Assembly: GCA_049303795.1 (NCBI GenBank)
Contig: JBAQNM010000013.1
Location: 2,784-66,783 of the forward strand
DNA: 64,000 nt
Origin: Candidatus Moraniibacteriota bacterium
Lineage (GTDB): Bacteria; Patescibacteriota; Minisyncoccia; Moranbacterales; UBA2206
Direction: 5' to 3'
Positions 34,986 through 44,891 of the stretch are shown piece by piece. Position numbers and translations under genes: made by a program. How positions within the stretch are numbered: the first letter of the stretch is position 1; every line of letters begins with the position of its first letter. Below the pieces are notes generated by a model, which ran no database searches, was not told the origin of the DNA, and saw nothing but the letters and a program-made list of their open reading frames with translations.

Positions 34986-37685
34986 ATGCTGAAAGTAAAT
35001 AACGAAAATTATTATAAAAAAAGTGTCAAAGATATTTTAGAAGAATTAAATTCAAGTGAGCATGGACTTAATAGCGCTGAGGTTAGCAAGCGTTTTTTAA
35101 AGTATGGGCCGAATAAGCTCAAAGAGGTTAAAACTGAAAATTTATTTTTTATCTTTTTACGCCAATTTCAAAGCCCGCTTATTTTTATTTTGCTTTTTGC
35201 TGCAGTGGTTGTTTTTTTGACTGGTGAAAGTATTGATGGATTCGTGATTTTATTTGTACTTTTTTTTAATGCCATAATTGGTACTATTCAAGAAGGAAAA
35301 GCCCAGAATATTTTTTTAGCTTTGAAAAAGTTTATTAAAACATCCGCTTCGGTTATTCGAGAAGGAAAAGAATATATTATTTCGGATGAAGAAATAGTTC
35401 CTGGGGATATTATTATTCTTCGAGATGGTGAGAAAATACCAGCTGATGCAAGACTGATTAGCGTCGAATCATTACAAGTGGAGGAAGCTGCGCTTACCGG
35501 AGAATCAAGTTCTAAATTTAAAATAGTTTCTTCTATAGAAAAAGATAGTGTGCAAGTTTCCGATCAGGACAATATGGTTTTTAAAGGAACGCATGTTATT
35601 TCCGGAAGGGGGCTTGCGGTTGTTATTGCAACAGGCGGTGATACTGTTATTGGAGATATCGCTAAAAAAATAATTGGTATTGATGAGGAGCTTCCACTTA
35701 AGGTTGAAATTAGGCGTTTTTCCAGGTTTATAATTTATTTGGTTTTTGTTATTGATATTTTGCTTTTGGTAACAGGAATTTTTTATGGGCATTCCATTAA
35801 AGAATTGCTTACTACAATCGTAGCGCTTTCTGTGTCGGTAATTCCAGAAGGCCTGCCAATCGTAGTGACTTTAGTTTTGGCTACTGGAGTTTGGCGAATG
35901 GGAAAAAGAAACGTGCTAGTTAAAAAATTACAAGCAGTAGAGGCATTAGGCCAAACCAGTATAATTGCTGTAGATAAAACCGGAACGGTAACTAAAAATG
36001 AATTAACTGTAAAAGAGATTTATATTGATGGAAAAATTTTCAAAGTAAAAGGCGTTGGTTATGAATCAGTTGGAGAAGTAGAATTCAATGATGAGGTTAT
36101 AGAACCACTTAATCACCCGGAACTTTTAATGGCCGGTAAGATTGCTGCTCTTTGCAGTAGTGCGAATGTGGCTTTTGATGAAAATTTAAAAATATGGAAA
36201 ATTTCTGGCGATCCGACCGAAGCCGCGACTTTAATTTTGGCAGAAAAAATAGGTTTTAGAAGAGATGATTTAGAAAAAGAATTTTTAAAATTTGAAGAGA
36301 AGCCATTTGATTATGAATTAAAATATCACTCAATTGTTCACCACGATGGTAGTGATTATTTGTTGTCATTAATTGGTGCGCCTGAGGAGATATTAAAAAT
36401 TTCTGAAAAAATTTGGAGTCCATTAGAAAATAAAATTCTAAACAAAAAAGAAAGAGAAAAATTAGAAAAAGTTTTTTTGGAGATGTCTGCTAAAGGACTT
36501 CGTGTAGTGGCATTTGCGATGAAAAAATATGAAAAGAAAACTAATTTTTTCAAAAATATTAGTCCTGTTTTTGTGGGTTTTTTTGGTATTGAAGATTCTC
36601 TCAGAGAAGAGGTCAGAGAAGCGGTGGATCATGTTGAATCTTCCGGAATAAAACCAGTAATGATAACGGGGGATCATAAAATAACTGCTCAAAAAATTGC
36701 CGAAGAAGCTGGTATTTTCAAGCAGGGTGATATAATTTTAGAAGGACCTGAAATAGAATCGATGACCGAATTGAAATTAGCAGAACAGCTTGAGAAAGTA
36801 AGTGTTTTTGCTCGAGTTAGCCCACTGCATAAGTTAAAAATAATTAATGCCTATAAACTTGCAGGAAAAACTATCGCAATGACTGGAGATGGAATTAATG
36901 ATGCGTTATCACTAACATCTGCTGATGTTGGTGTGGCAATGGGTAAGATTGGTACTGAAGTTGCCAAGGAAGCTTCGGATATTATTCTTCTGGATGATAA
37001 TTTTGGAAGTATCGTTAACGGTGTTGAGGAAGGTCGAAACATACATGTAACAATAAAAAGAGTTATTCTTTATTTATTTTCAACTGCATTAGGAGAGACG
37101 TTAATTATCGTCCTAGCTATGTTTTTGGGTCTTCCTATTCCGCTACTAGCCACTCAATTATTATGGCTCAATCTTGTGACGGATGGTTTTTTGGATGTAG
37201 CCTTGGCTATGGAGCCGAAAGGCGAAGGTCTTTTAGATAAGAAATATACACAAAAACAAACTAGCCTTATTGATAGATTGATGTTAATTAGAATGTTTTC
37301 TATGGCGATCCCTATGGCAATTGGAACGCTGATTGTTTTTAATCAATACTTTCAAAATGATTTGCAAAAAGCCTGGACAATTTCTCTTACACTTATGGCG
37401 GTTTTCCAATGGTTTAATGTCTGGAATTGTCGTTCACACACGAAGTCTATTTTTAATTCTAACCCGTTTTCTAATAAATTTTTAATCGGAGCAACTAGCT
37501 TAGTTATGGTGCTTCAAATCTTTGCTGTTTATAATCCTTTTTTCCAAAAATTTTTGCGAACAGTTCCTTTGGAATTTAAGGAATGGGTATATATTATTTT
37601 AATTTCATTCTCAATAATCGTTATTGAAGAAATTAGAAAGTTAATATATCGAAAAAATAATAAAAACAAGATTGTTATAAGCTAA
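34986..37685 (+). CDS. P-type cation-transporting ATPase (type II, Ca2+/Mg2+-like)
   Basis: Phosphorylation site DKTGTVT, hinge MTGDGINDA, TGES motif; 899 aa with 10 TM. Confidence 0.9.
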   Translation: MLKVNNENYYKKSVKDILEELNSSEHGLNSAEVSKRFLKYGPNKLKEVKTENLFFIFLRQFQSPLIFILLFAAVVVFLTGESIDGFVILFVLFFNAIIGTIQEGKAQNIFLALKKFIKTSASVIREGKEYIISDEEIVPGDIIILRDGEKIPADARLISVESLQVEEAALTGESSSKFKIVSSIEKDSVQVSDQDNMVFKGTHVISGRGLAVVIATGGDTVIGDIAKKIIGIDEELPLKVEIRRFSRFIIYLVFVIDILLLVTGIFYGHSIKELLTTIVALSVSVIPEGLPIVVTLVLATGVWRMGKRNVLVKKLQAVEALGQTSIIAVDKTGTVTKNELTVKEIYIDGKIFKVKGVGYESVGEVEFNDEVIEPLNHPELLMAGKIAALCSSANVAFDENLKIWKISGDPTEAATLILAEKIGFRRDDLEKEFLKFEEKPFDYELKYHSIVHHDGSDYLLSLIGAPEEILKISEKIWSPLENKILNKKEREKLEKVFLEMSAKGLRVVAFAMKKYEKKTNFFKNISPVFVGFFGIEDSLREEVREAVDHVESSGIKPVMITGDHKITAQKIAEEAGIFKQGDIILEGPEIESMTELKLAEQLEKVSVFARVSPLHKLKIINAYKLAGKTIAMTGDGINDALSLTSADVGVAMGKIGTEVAKEASDIILLDDNFGSIVNGVEEGRNIHVTIKRVILYLFSTALGETLIIVLAMFLGLPIPLLATQLLWLNLVTDGFLDVALAMEPKGEGLLDKKYTQKQTSLIDRLMLIRMFSMAIPMAIGTLIVFNQYFQNDLQKAWTISLTLMAVFQWFNVWNCRSHTKSIFNSNPFSNKFLIGATSLVMVLQIFAVYNPFFQKFLRTVPLEFKEWVYIILISFSIIVIEEIRKLIYRKNNKNKIVIS

Positions 37686-37874
37686 AATTAAAAAATATGG
37701 AAATAAAAAGTAAGCAGATACTTAACACTTGATTCATTGGAAAAATTTGGTATTATAATCTTTGAGAATGGTTTGTGTGACGTTAGTTTAAAATTTAAAT
37801 ATAGAATAGAAAGAGCAGAGGAATTAGCGGGATTACATTTGGGATAAGTAATAAATTATATTAAGAAAACAATA

Positions 37875-38441
37875 ATGGATATAAAATCAGTTAAATTTAT
37901 CAAAGGAATTGTTGGGCCGGATGAATCTTTAGAAAAAGATATTCCGCAGGTGGCTTTTATTGGTCGGTCTAATGTGGGAAAATCAAGTGTTATCAATTCT
38001 CTGACAGGGCAAAAAAGCCTAGCTAGAACAAGTGCTCAACCTGGACGCACAAAAGAAATTAATTTATTTCTAGTCAATAATTCTTTCTATCTTCTTGATT
38101 TGCCTGGATATGGATATGCCAAGGCTTCCAAAGAAAATCAGCTTGAACTTAAAAAGGTCATTCAGGGCTATTTATTTAAATCGAACTATGAACAGAAAAA
38201 AGTGGTTTTAATAATTGATGCAAATGTTGGTCCAAAAGACCTTGATTTGGAAATACTTCAACTTTTGGAAGAATATAAAAAAGACGTTGTGGTTGTTGCT
38301 AATAAAATTGATAAAATCAGACCTTCCGTTTATAAAAATCAACTTGCCACTATTCAAAAAGAAATCGGACCATATCTAATAATTCCTTATTCTGCTTTAA
38401 AGAAAATTGGCCGAGCACAGTTGCTTCATGAAATTTTATAG
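37875..38441 (+). CDS. engB: Ribosome biogenesis GTPase YsxC/EngB
   Basis: G1 GRSNVGKSS, G3 DLPGYG and G4 NKID motifs. Confidence 0.85.
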   Translation: MDIKSVKFIKGIVGPDESLEKDIPQVAFIGRSNVGKSSVINSLTGQKSLARTSAQPGRTKEINLFLVNNSFYLLDLPGYGYAKASKENQLELKKVIQGYLFKSNYEQKKVVLIIDANVGPKDLDLEILQLLEEYKKDVVVVANKIDKIRPSVYKNQLATIQKEIGPYLIIPYSALKKIGRAQLLHEIL

Positions 38442-38471
38442 TGCACTAAAAAGTAGCTCAAGTAATAGAAA

Positions 38472-38502
38472 ACTCCAAAATATCAATGCTGGAGTTTTTT
38501 AA
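38472..38502 (+). terminator. Intrinsic terminator
   Basis: AACTCCA...TGGAGTT stem followed by T6. Confidence 0.55.
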
Positions 38503-38781
38503 TTTTACTAATAGAATTTAGCGTTTAGTTATTTGACGAAAATGGCTAAGCGTGCTACTTTAGAGTGTCTTAGTTGTTTAATAACCGAATATTAACAATA
38601 AACGAAAGGAGCCAATAAATCGAGATTTGAGTATTTTCTCGATGACTATTCCTGGCTCTTGAAGTCAGTAATAGTCATCGCGCTCATTTTATGGGCGATG
38701 CAAGGACATTTCATTGTAGAGAGTATAGGATTTTCGTAAATTAATGGCCGGGGAAGATTCTTCACTGGCAAAACAGGAGGG

Positions 38782-39474
38782 GTGATTATGAAAAAATTGG
38801 CGAGTATTATATCGGTGTGTTTTATCGTTGTTGTTTTTTCTTGCCCAAATCTTTGGGCAGAACATCAGGAAACAAAAACTGAAAAGGGGCAGGAAATTTC
38901 CACCCTTGTTCTTATGCGGAATGACTGGATCAAGACCGAAGACAAGGAGAGCGTTCAATCTCAAGAATTTTTGGGGTATTGGCTTTGGGAAAAAAAGATC
39001 GGTGGAGGGATTGATGTTGTGACTACTCCTAAAAGTGACTGCATCACCGTCAAGGCCTTTGGCACATTGAACCTCACGGACTCAGTGCGTTTCGTCGGCG
39101 GGACAATGACCACCAGTTACGGTTCCGATTTTTTGTATTGTGGCGTCTGGATTTTACAGAATATCGGCCAGTGGAGGCTTTATCTGGATCTGCGGGAGTA
39201 TACGGAGATTTCTGGCAAAAGGAGTGATTTCACTGATGATTTAATTGAAATCACTTATCCTGTTACCGATAAGCTTTCCTTGGGCGCGGTCGGAATGTAT
39301 GACCGCTGGTGGCAAGATAATGACCATAATTGGTTCTTCATTGGACCAATTGGTTATTATCAGTTGTCCAAAAGCATGAAAGTGTTCTGCCGGCCATCTC
39401 TTGATTGGGAACGAGTAAACGATACTACGATTCGGACGGCAAAGGTGAGGTTTGGGGTAAAACTCGCTTTTTAA
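38782..39474 (+). CDS. Secreted beta-rich protein with OMP-like C-terminal aromatic residue
   Basis: Signal peptide (MIMKKLASIISVCFIVVVFSCPNLWA); alternating beta pattern; ends ...KLAF. Confidence 0.45.
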   Translation: MIMKKLASIISVCFIVVVFSCPNLWAEHQETKTEKGQEISTLVLMRNDWIKTEDKESVQSQEFLGYWLWEKKIGGGIDVVTTPKSDCITVKAFGTLNLTDSVRFVGGTMTTSYGSDFLYCGVWILQNIGQWRLYLDLREYTEISGKRSDFTDDLIEITYPVTDKLSLGAVGMYDRWWQDNDHNWFFIGPIGYYQLSKSMKVFCRPSLDWERVNDTTIRTAKVRFGVKLAF

Positions 39475-39503
39475 CTTTTACCTCATCGCAGTAGATTGAA
39501 TTG

Positions 39504-39540
39504 AGTGGGTAGTCCTAAACGGGATTACCCACTTTTTATT
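39504..39540 (+). terminator. Intrinsic terminator
   Basis: GAGTGGGTA...TACCCACT 8-bp stem followed by TTTTTATTTT. Confidence 0.55.
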
Positions 39541-39610
39541 TTGACCACGAAGCAATTTTAGCGTAAAATCAATATAAAGGTTGTAAATGAAATATTGAAA
39601 AAATAATCTT

Positions 39611-39868
39611 ATGAATATTGAAAAAGAGATTGAAATAATAAAAAAGCGTAATATGAAAGTGGAAAGTGATAAGGCTTGGGAAATAAGCTGGACGCGACGA
39701 ATATTCATTGCTGTTGCTACATATTTAATAGCTACAATTTGGCTTATTTTGATAAATGAGAGCATCCCACTTCTCAAGGCTTGTGTGCCAACTGGAGGAT
39801 ATGTTTTATCCACACTTTCTTTGTTATTTGTGAAGAGGTGGTGGGAGAATAAAAATAGAAAGAATTAG
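39611..39868 (+). CDS. Small membrane protein, hypothetical
   Basis: 85 aa with 2 TM; competes with minus-strand ORF 39478-39813. Confidence 0.3.
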   Translation: MNIEKEIEIIKKRNMKVESDKAWEISWTRRIFIAVATYLIATIWLILINESIPLLKACVPTGGYVLSTLSLLFVKRWWENKNRKN

Positions 39869-39913
39869 ATAGTGATTAGACAGTAATAGTTTAATTTTTT
39901 AAAAAATAAACAT

Positions 39914-40894
39914 ATGTCAAAAGTATATTTTTCCAAAGAGATAGAAGGCATTATTAATCAGATTGACTTTTCTGTGCTTGGTCAAAATGTTGCCATCAAA
40001 GTTCATTTTGGCGAAGAAGGTTGTGATACTTTCATTAATCCAGATTTGGTTAGAAAAGTTTATCAAAAAATTGAGAGTTTGAGTAGGGATGTAACACTCA
40101 TTGAGTGTAACGTTTTATATAAGGGGAGCCGAACGAATAGTACGGATCATATTGAAACAGCTAAGCATCATGGCTTTACGGATATGAAAATAGACATCCT
40201 GGATGGTGAAAAAGGCGATGAATTTGTTGAAATTGACGGATGTAAAATAGGCAAGGGAATTGAGAAGTATGATTCGCTTGTAGTCATTTCTCATTTTAAG
40301 GGGCATATGGAAACTGGTTTTGGAGGTGCAATAAAAAATATTGGCATGGGCCTTGCCAGTCGTGCTGGAAAATTGGCAATTCATGCTGGCGTACATCCAA
40401 TTGTTTCTGATAAATGTATTGGTTGTAGCATTTGTGCCGAACATTGCGATGTAAATGCAATTATGATTGATGATAATAAAGCCCATATTGATGAAAAGAA
40501 ATGTATCGGTTGTGCGATGTGCATTGCTGTTTGTCCGATTAATGCGATGGATATTCCTTGGGAGGGAAAATCTGCTAGTGAAGTTCAGGTAGGAATTTCT
40601 GAGTATTCCAAAGCAATTTTGGAAAAATTTCCAAAGCCGATTTTTATAAATGTTTTGCAGAATATTACGAAGCTTTGTGATTGTATGGATGTGAGACAAG
40701 AGCCAATAATGGAAGATGTTGGGATTGTTTATTCTGATGATATTGTTGCAGTGGAAAAAGCTTCTCTGGATTTGGTAAATGAAAAATCAGCTGGTGAGTT
40801 TAGAAAAATTAATGGCATAGATCATGACAATCAGCTGAAAGTGGCAGAAGAGTTTGGGCTGGGAAATCAGGGATATGAATTAGTTGAGATTTAA
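39914..40894 (+). CDS. DUF362-family protein with two 4Fe-4S ferredoxin motifs
   Basis: CIGCSICAEHC and CIGCAMCIAVCP clusters; 326 aa. Confidence 0.7.
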   Translation: MSKVYFSKEIEGIINQIDFSVLGQNVAIKVHFGEEGCDTFINPDLVRKVYQKIESLSRDVTLIECNVLYKGSRTNSTDHIETAKHHGFTDMKIDILDGEKGDEFVEIDGCKIGKGIEKYDSLVVISHFKGHMETGFGGAIKNIGMGLASRAGKLAIHAGVHPIVSDKCIGCSICAEHCDVNAIMIDDNKAHIDEKKCIGCAMCIAVCPINAMDIPWEGKSASEVQVGISEYSKAILEKFPKPIFINVLQNITKLCDCMDVRQEPIMEDVGIVYSDDIVAVEKASLDLVNEKSAGEFRKINGIDHDNQLKVAEEFGLGNQGYELVEI

Positions 40895-40903
40895 TGGAAA
40901 ATA

Positions 40904-40933
40904 AAAAAGCAGACCATCGAAGGTCTGTTTTTC
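40904..40933. terminator. Bidirectional terminator between convergent genes
   Basis: A6-GCAGACC-ATCGAA-GGTCTG-T5. Confidence 0.55.
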
Positions 40934-40955
40934 TATCCATGTTATTAGCTTGAAA

Positions 40956-41906
40956 TTATTTTAATTTAAAGCTTTGCATGATCTTTAATAAAACATCAAG
41001 ATCGGAGAGCTGCTTCGCGTAGGCTGTTATATAAAAAGTCTTTTTATTAGAGATAAAATTGTAAGTGATTTCAAAAATTTTACTATCATTTTGTTCAATA
41101 TTAATTCCATACTCACAACCAGTTAAGCCTTCGAGAGTAAGTGTTTTAGCATAACGAAGCTCTCCATTTTTGAAGCCAGTCAAAATGTTTTTGGCTAATT
41201 GTTCGCAATCTTTTGAGACAGGAATGTCGCCGTCTACCATCGAATATGTAATATGATAATCATAATCCTTAGATTTATCAACGAAAACTAGAGTCGAAGT
41301 GCCACTTTCTTCAACTAGATATGACTTAGGATAACGAAAAGTAAAGGCGGATGATTTTTCACCAGCATAATCAATCCATTCAGATTCATTTTCAACTTTA
41401 GCTGAATAATCATTTTTTGTTGATTTATTTTTATTGGCTAGTCCGGAGGAAACACTGGCTGGTTGATCTTTATTTGGAATTGCGACGAAAAGAATAATAA
41501 TTGAAATAATCAGGTAAACGACAAAAAATGTCCAAATAAATTTTATTGAATATAATCCTTTTTTGTAACCATATAATTTAAAAAAGAAAACTATCAAAAT
41601 ACCTAAAAGGGCAATAATCCAAAAATTAAAACTAATTATTAGACTGAAAAAAAATGTGATTATTGCCGATATGATCATTAAGGCAAAAAATAATAAACTG
41701 GAGTTTTTGCTAGTATGCTTTTCATCCTTACTTTTCAGGAGACCCTTTACTTTTTTGCGGTCATCTTTGTCTACGAGATCGGTTTTTTTATTATAGACAT
41801 TATCAAACATCAATTCATCCGGCATGTCCTTGTAACTTTTGTATGTCCCACCCTTTGAGCCAAAACGTAATATCCCAAGTTTATGCAAAACGTCTAATAT
41901 TTTCAT
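40956..41906 (-). CDS. Membrane protein, hypothetical (multi-TM N-terminus, extracellular C-terminal domain)
   Basis: 316-aa minus-strand ORF with 3-4 TM helices. Confidence 0.5.
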   Translation of the reverse strand: MKILDVLHKLGILRFGSKGGTYKSYKDMPDELMFDNVYNKKTDLVDKDDRKKVKGLLKSKDEKHTSKNSSLLFFALMIISAIITFFFSLIISFNFWIIALLGILIVFFFKLYGYKKGLYSIKFIWTFFVVYLIISIIILFVAIPNKDQPASVSSGLANKNKSTKNDYSAKVENESEWIDYAGEKSSAFTFRYPKSYLVEESGTSTLVFVDKSKDYDYHITYSMVDGDIPVSKDCEQLAKNILTGFKNGELRYAKTLTLEGLTGCEYGINIEQNDSKIFEITYNFISNKKTFYITAYAKQLSDLDVLLKIMQSFKLK

Positions 41907-42100
41907 GATTTAAAAAATTTAATATTTATTTCAAATACATTCTATCAGATATTAATAAATACACAAAGATATTTGGCAATTAGATTTTTTGGTTTCTCAG
42001 CGCATTGACTTAAATTATCCAAAATGCTATGCTTTTTTATCAAACAAGTTATTTAAAAATCAAATAAACTTAAAACATTGAAAATAATAAGGGGGGCGCC

Positions 42101-42799
42101 ATGTTTTGTGATTTTTGCAGAGAAGTGAAAGAAAGTTCTGAAAAGCGGCCATTTGTTTCCAGGGATATTCGAATTATTGGAGACAGGGCTATTTACCAAT
42201 GCATCTACTGTAAACAACGCTGGTTTCGGCATGATAATGAGAATCAGCTTTGGGCAGAAATCAATGACGATTTGGCCTGGAAAGTTTTAAAGGATATGCC
42301 AATGGAATATTTTAATGGTTATGTTAATCCTGTGGAAACTTGTGCAATTAAAGTAGTCTATCCGAAATTGTGCATTAGTTTGGATGGCAAGAAACGAGAA
42401 AAAACGGTTGCCTTGCAGTGGTTTGGGGAATATAAAAAGAGTGTCATATTCAATCATCAATTTTTATTCCCAATCATGCTTTCCCCGGACGAGTTTGGTG
42501 GCGATTTTTCATCCTTCGGGATTCCTTTGATTTGCCAATTGAAAGACTGGCCACATAAAAAGCAACGAGATGAAATGATTCGACTTTTCAATGATCCTGG
42601 TGGCAAAAATTTTATTGCTAATTTAGTGTCTTCCGCTTATGCTCACGACAGTGAAGATGGGGAAATCATTCCATTTAGCTTCATGGTTTTGATTGCGTCA
42701 ATCAAGGACAGAAATGTCGGCCTAATCAAGCCGCGAAAGTTTAGGGATTTAGATATGGCGGAAAGGATTTTGAATGAATTTAATAAAAGAAAGAGGTGA
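42101..42799 (+). CDS. Zinc-ribbon hypothetical protein
   Basis: CDFC...CIYCKQRW at the N-terminus; RBS AAGGGGGG; 232 aa. Confidence 0.5.
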   Translation: MFCDFCREVKESSEKRPFVSRDIRIIGDRAIYQCIYCKQRWFRHDNENQLWAEINDDLAWKVLKDMPMEYFNGYVNPVETCAIKVVYPKLCISLDGKKREKTVALQWFGEYKKSVIFNHQFLFPIMLSPDEFGGDFSSFGIPLICQLKDWPHKKQRDEMIRLFNDPGGKNFIANLVSSAYAHDSEDGEIIPFSFMVLIASIKDRNVGLIKPRKFRDLDMAERILNEFNKRKR

Positions 42800-42803
42800 T
42801 CGA

Positions 42804-43061
42804 ATGATAAATATTAGTACCAATGCAATCCAAAGGTTTATGAAAAACTGGTTGTCATGGTTAATGATTTTTTTATCCGATTTAACTGGATATCCAATCG
42901 AACGGGTTAATCGGGTCGGTGCCTTGTTCTTTTTCGGGATTATCATCCCGATTGCCTGCTTTTTTCTTTGTTGGCTGGTGCTGGACTTGTCTTTTATCGC
43001 AAGCTTGTTGCTGGCATTTTCGATTTATTTTGCGGTGGTTTTCTTGCCTATGTTGCTGTAG
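42804..43061 (+). CDS. Small 2-TM membrane protein, hypothetical
   Basis: RBS AGAGGTGA before the internal ATG; start abuts the upstream stop. Confidence 0.4.
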   Translation: MINISTNAIQRFMKNWLSWLMIFLSDLTGYPIERVNRVGALFFFGIIIPIACFFLCWLVLDLSFIASLLLAFSIYFAVVFLPMLL

Positions 43062-43102
43062 GCAATTAACTTTAAAATTAAGGGTCAAGGGAGGCAACTG
43101 CG

Positions 43103-43546
43103 ATGGCTGAAAATATTTTCAAGAAGGGCGATAAAGTTCGCTTCGATCCAAAAAAATGTGAAGAGGCGAAACAAAAAAACTTGCCCATCTGGCAGTATAT
43201 CAAAAAGATGAGCAGGAATAAGACGCACAGCATTTTTAAAGTTTTAGTTGATGGCAACATTTATCTCGAAGATTATCCGGGAGTCCTTATTCATAGCAGT
43301 CTTTTTTACCACTACATATGCATAGCATGTAGGAAAAAGAAAGTGTACATGGAGAATAAACGATTTAACATGTGCTATGGCTGTGCGGTTATTCATAAAG
43401 ATCAGATGCGCGATGCGTTTTCCAAAACCCTATCCGATGAGCAGCTCATGCTTTTTCAGAACTACGAAAGGGCGGCATATGTCGTCACGGCTATGTTGAT
43501 TTTGAATGATGACATGGAATCGCTCGAGCTCGATAATGCAGACTAA
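43103..43546 (+). CDS. Hypothetical protein
   Basis: RBS AGGGAGG; 147 aa; last gene before a strong terminator. Confidence 0.45.
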   Translation: MAENIFKKGDKVRFDPKKCEEAKQKNLPIWQYIKKMSRNKTHSIFKVLVDGNIYLEDYPGVLIHSSLFYHYICIACRKKKVYMENKRFNMCYGCAVIHKDQMRDAFSKTLSDEQLMLFQNYERAAYVVTAMLILNDDMESLELDNAD

Positions 43547-43586
43547 AAATTAAAAACAATCCTAGTCCGAAAGGAGAAAAAATATA

Positions 43587-43626
43587 ACCGTCCGAATTTG
43601 TAGTTACAAAATCGGACGGTTTTTCA
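43587..43626 (+). terminator. Intrinsic terminator (9-bp perfect stem)
   Basis: ACCGTCCGA...TCGGACGGT followed by TTTTT. Confidence 0.6.
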
Positions 43627-43696
43627 TTAGTAAAATTTTGATTTATTAACATAAAAGTATTATAATATATTTATAATAAATATTAATTATAAAAAT

Positions 43697-44635
43697 ATGG
43701 AACAAGAAGATCAAGAGCTAGAAATACATCCTGAGCCAGAAAAAGATCCTGGTTCAAAAAAATTTCTGATCATCATCATAGCGATGTTGTCCGTTGCGCT
43801 TGTAGTATTGGGTGCTTTTTATTTTTATGATCTTTCAAAAAAATCACAAGTTGAAGATGATAATACGAAGAATCTGCCCACTCCAAGTGTAAGCGCTAGT
43901 CCTTTAGTTAGTCCTTCGCCTGCTACGATAACTCCAACACCCATCACAACTCCTAGTCCGACAGCTCCAGCGGTGGTTAAGAAATCCGATCTCTATGTCA
44001 AGAGCTACACCTTAAGTGAAGATCCTAAGGTAGGTTCTGAGTTTACAGCTACAATAGTAATTGGCAATAAAGGACAAGCTGCTTCAACTGAAACTTACTG
44101 GGAATGGTGGGCAACTGCTTCAAAGCAAATCTGCAAGAAAAAGGTAGCCGCTATTGCGGCCGGTGGGATTAGCACAGTTCAATGCCCTTATACTTATTCA
44201 GATTGGTCAGATTACACTACTAAGGCTATTGTCGATTCACAAAATGACTTGGATGAAAGTGATGAAAATAATAATATTATCACAAAACAAGTAAAGCCTA
44301 TTCACGGAAAACCAGATTTAACTGTTACTGATTATGATTTCAATCATGATCCGGCAATGGGAGAAGAATTTAAGGTTGAAATTACGATTAAAAATAAAGG
44401 AGAAATAGATGCTAAATCATTCAAATGGGAATGGTGGTCAACTGCTTATTCAGCATCTTGTGATGGAGAGGTTGACGAACTTGAAGCTGGAGCTAGCACG
44501 ACTGTTTCTTGCAAATATACTTATGCTGGCTGGTCGACATATGCAACGAAAGCAGTCGTTGATGTTAAGGATGATATTAATGAAGGTAATGAAGGAAATA
44601 ATACTTCAACCAAAACTGTAATTCCAACCCATTAG
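43697..44635 (+). CDS. Membrane-anchored protein with Pro/Thr/Ser linker and two tandem CARDB domains
   Basis: TM near the N-terminus, PTPSVSASPLVSPSP linker, two ~95-aa repeats (SDLYVKSY...WEWWATAS / PDLTVTDY...WEWWSTAY) with the CARDB pattern. Confidence 0.55.
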   Translation: MEQEDQELEIHPEPEKDPGSKKFLIIIIAMLSVALVVLGAFYFYDLSKKSQVEDDNTKNLPTPSVSASPLVSPSPATITPTPITTPSPTAPAVVKKSDLYVKSYTLSEDPKVGSEFTATIVIGNKGQAASTETYWEWWATASKQICKKKVAAIAAGGISTVQCPYTYSDWSDYTTKAIVDSQNDLDESDENNNIITKQVKPIHGKPDLTVTDYDFNHDPAMGEEFKVEITIKNKGEIDAKSFKWEWWSTAYSASCDGEVDELEAGASTTVSCKYTYAGWSTYATKAVVDVKDDINEGNEGNNTSTKTVIPTH

Positions 44636-44891
44636 TTTTTACAAGAAGCATATTAAAGGCCGGTGATTAAACCGGTCTTTTGTTTATAAAATCTTTGCGT
44701 TGATAAAAAGAATTAATCAAGAACAATTTTTCTTAGAGATTGTGAGATAGTATTTTTTGAAAAATAATTTGACCAGTTTTTTTAAGCACATTTGCTTTTT
44801 TAGCGCTTTTGCGTTATTTTTTAGTATTAATAGGTTTGATAAGAGGAGAGAACTGAACTTTAACAGTAAAATAGAGGTGGAGGAAAGGACT

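Noticed and set aside
40115-40699. 194-aa minus-strand ORF
   Set aside because: Lies entirely inside the DUF362 Fe-S protein gene, which has clear ferredoxin motifs
44757-44891. 45-codon N-terminal extension of guaA in the ORF track
   Set aside because: Strong RBS (GAGGTGGAGGAAAGG) precedes the internal ATG at 44892, which matches the canonical GuaA N-terminus (MIKPEILVIDL)
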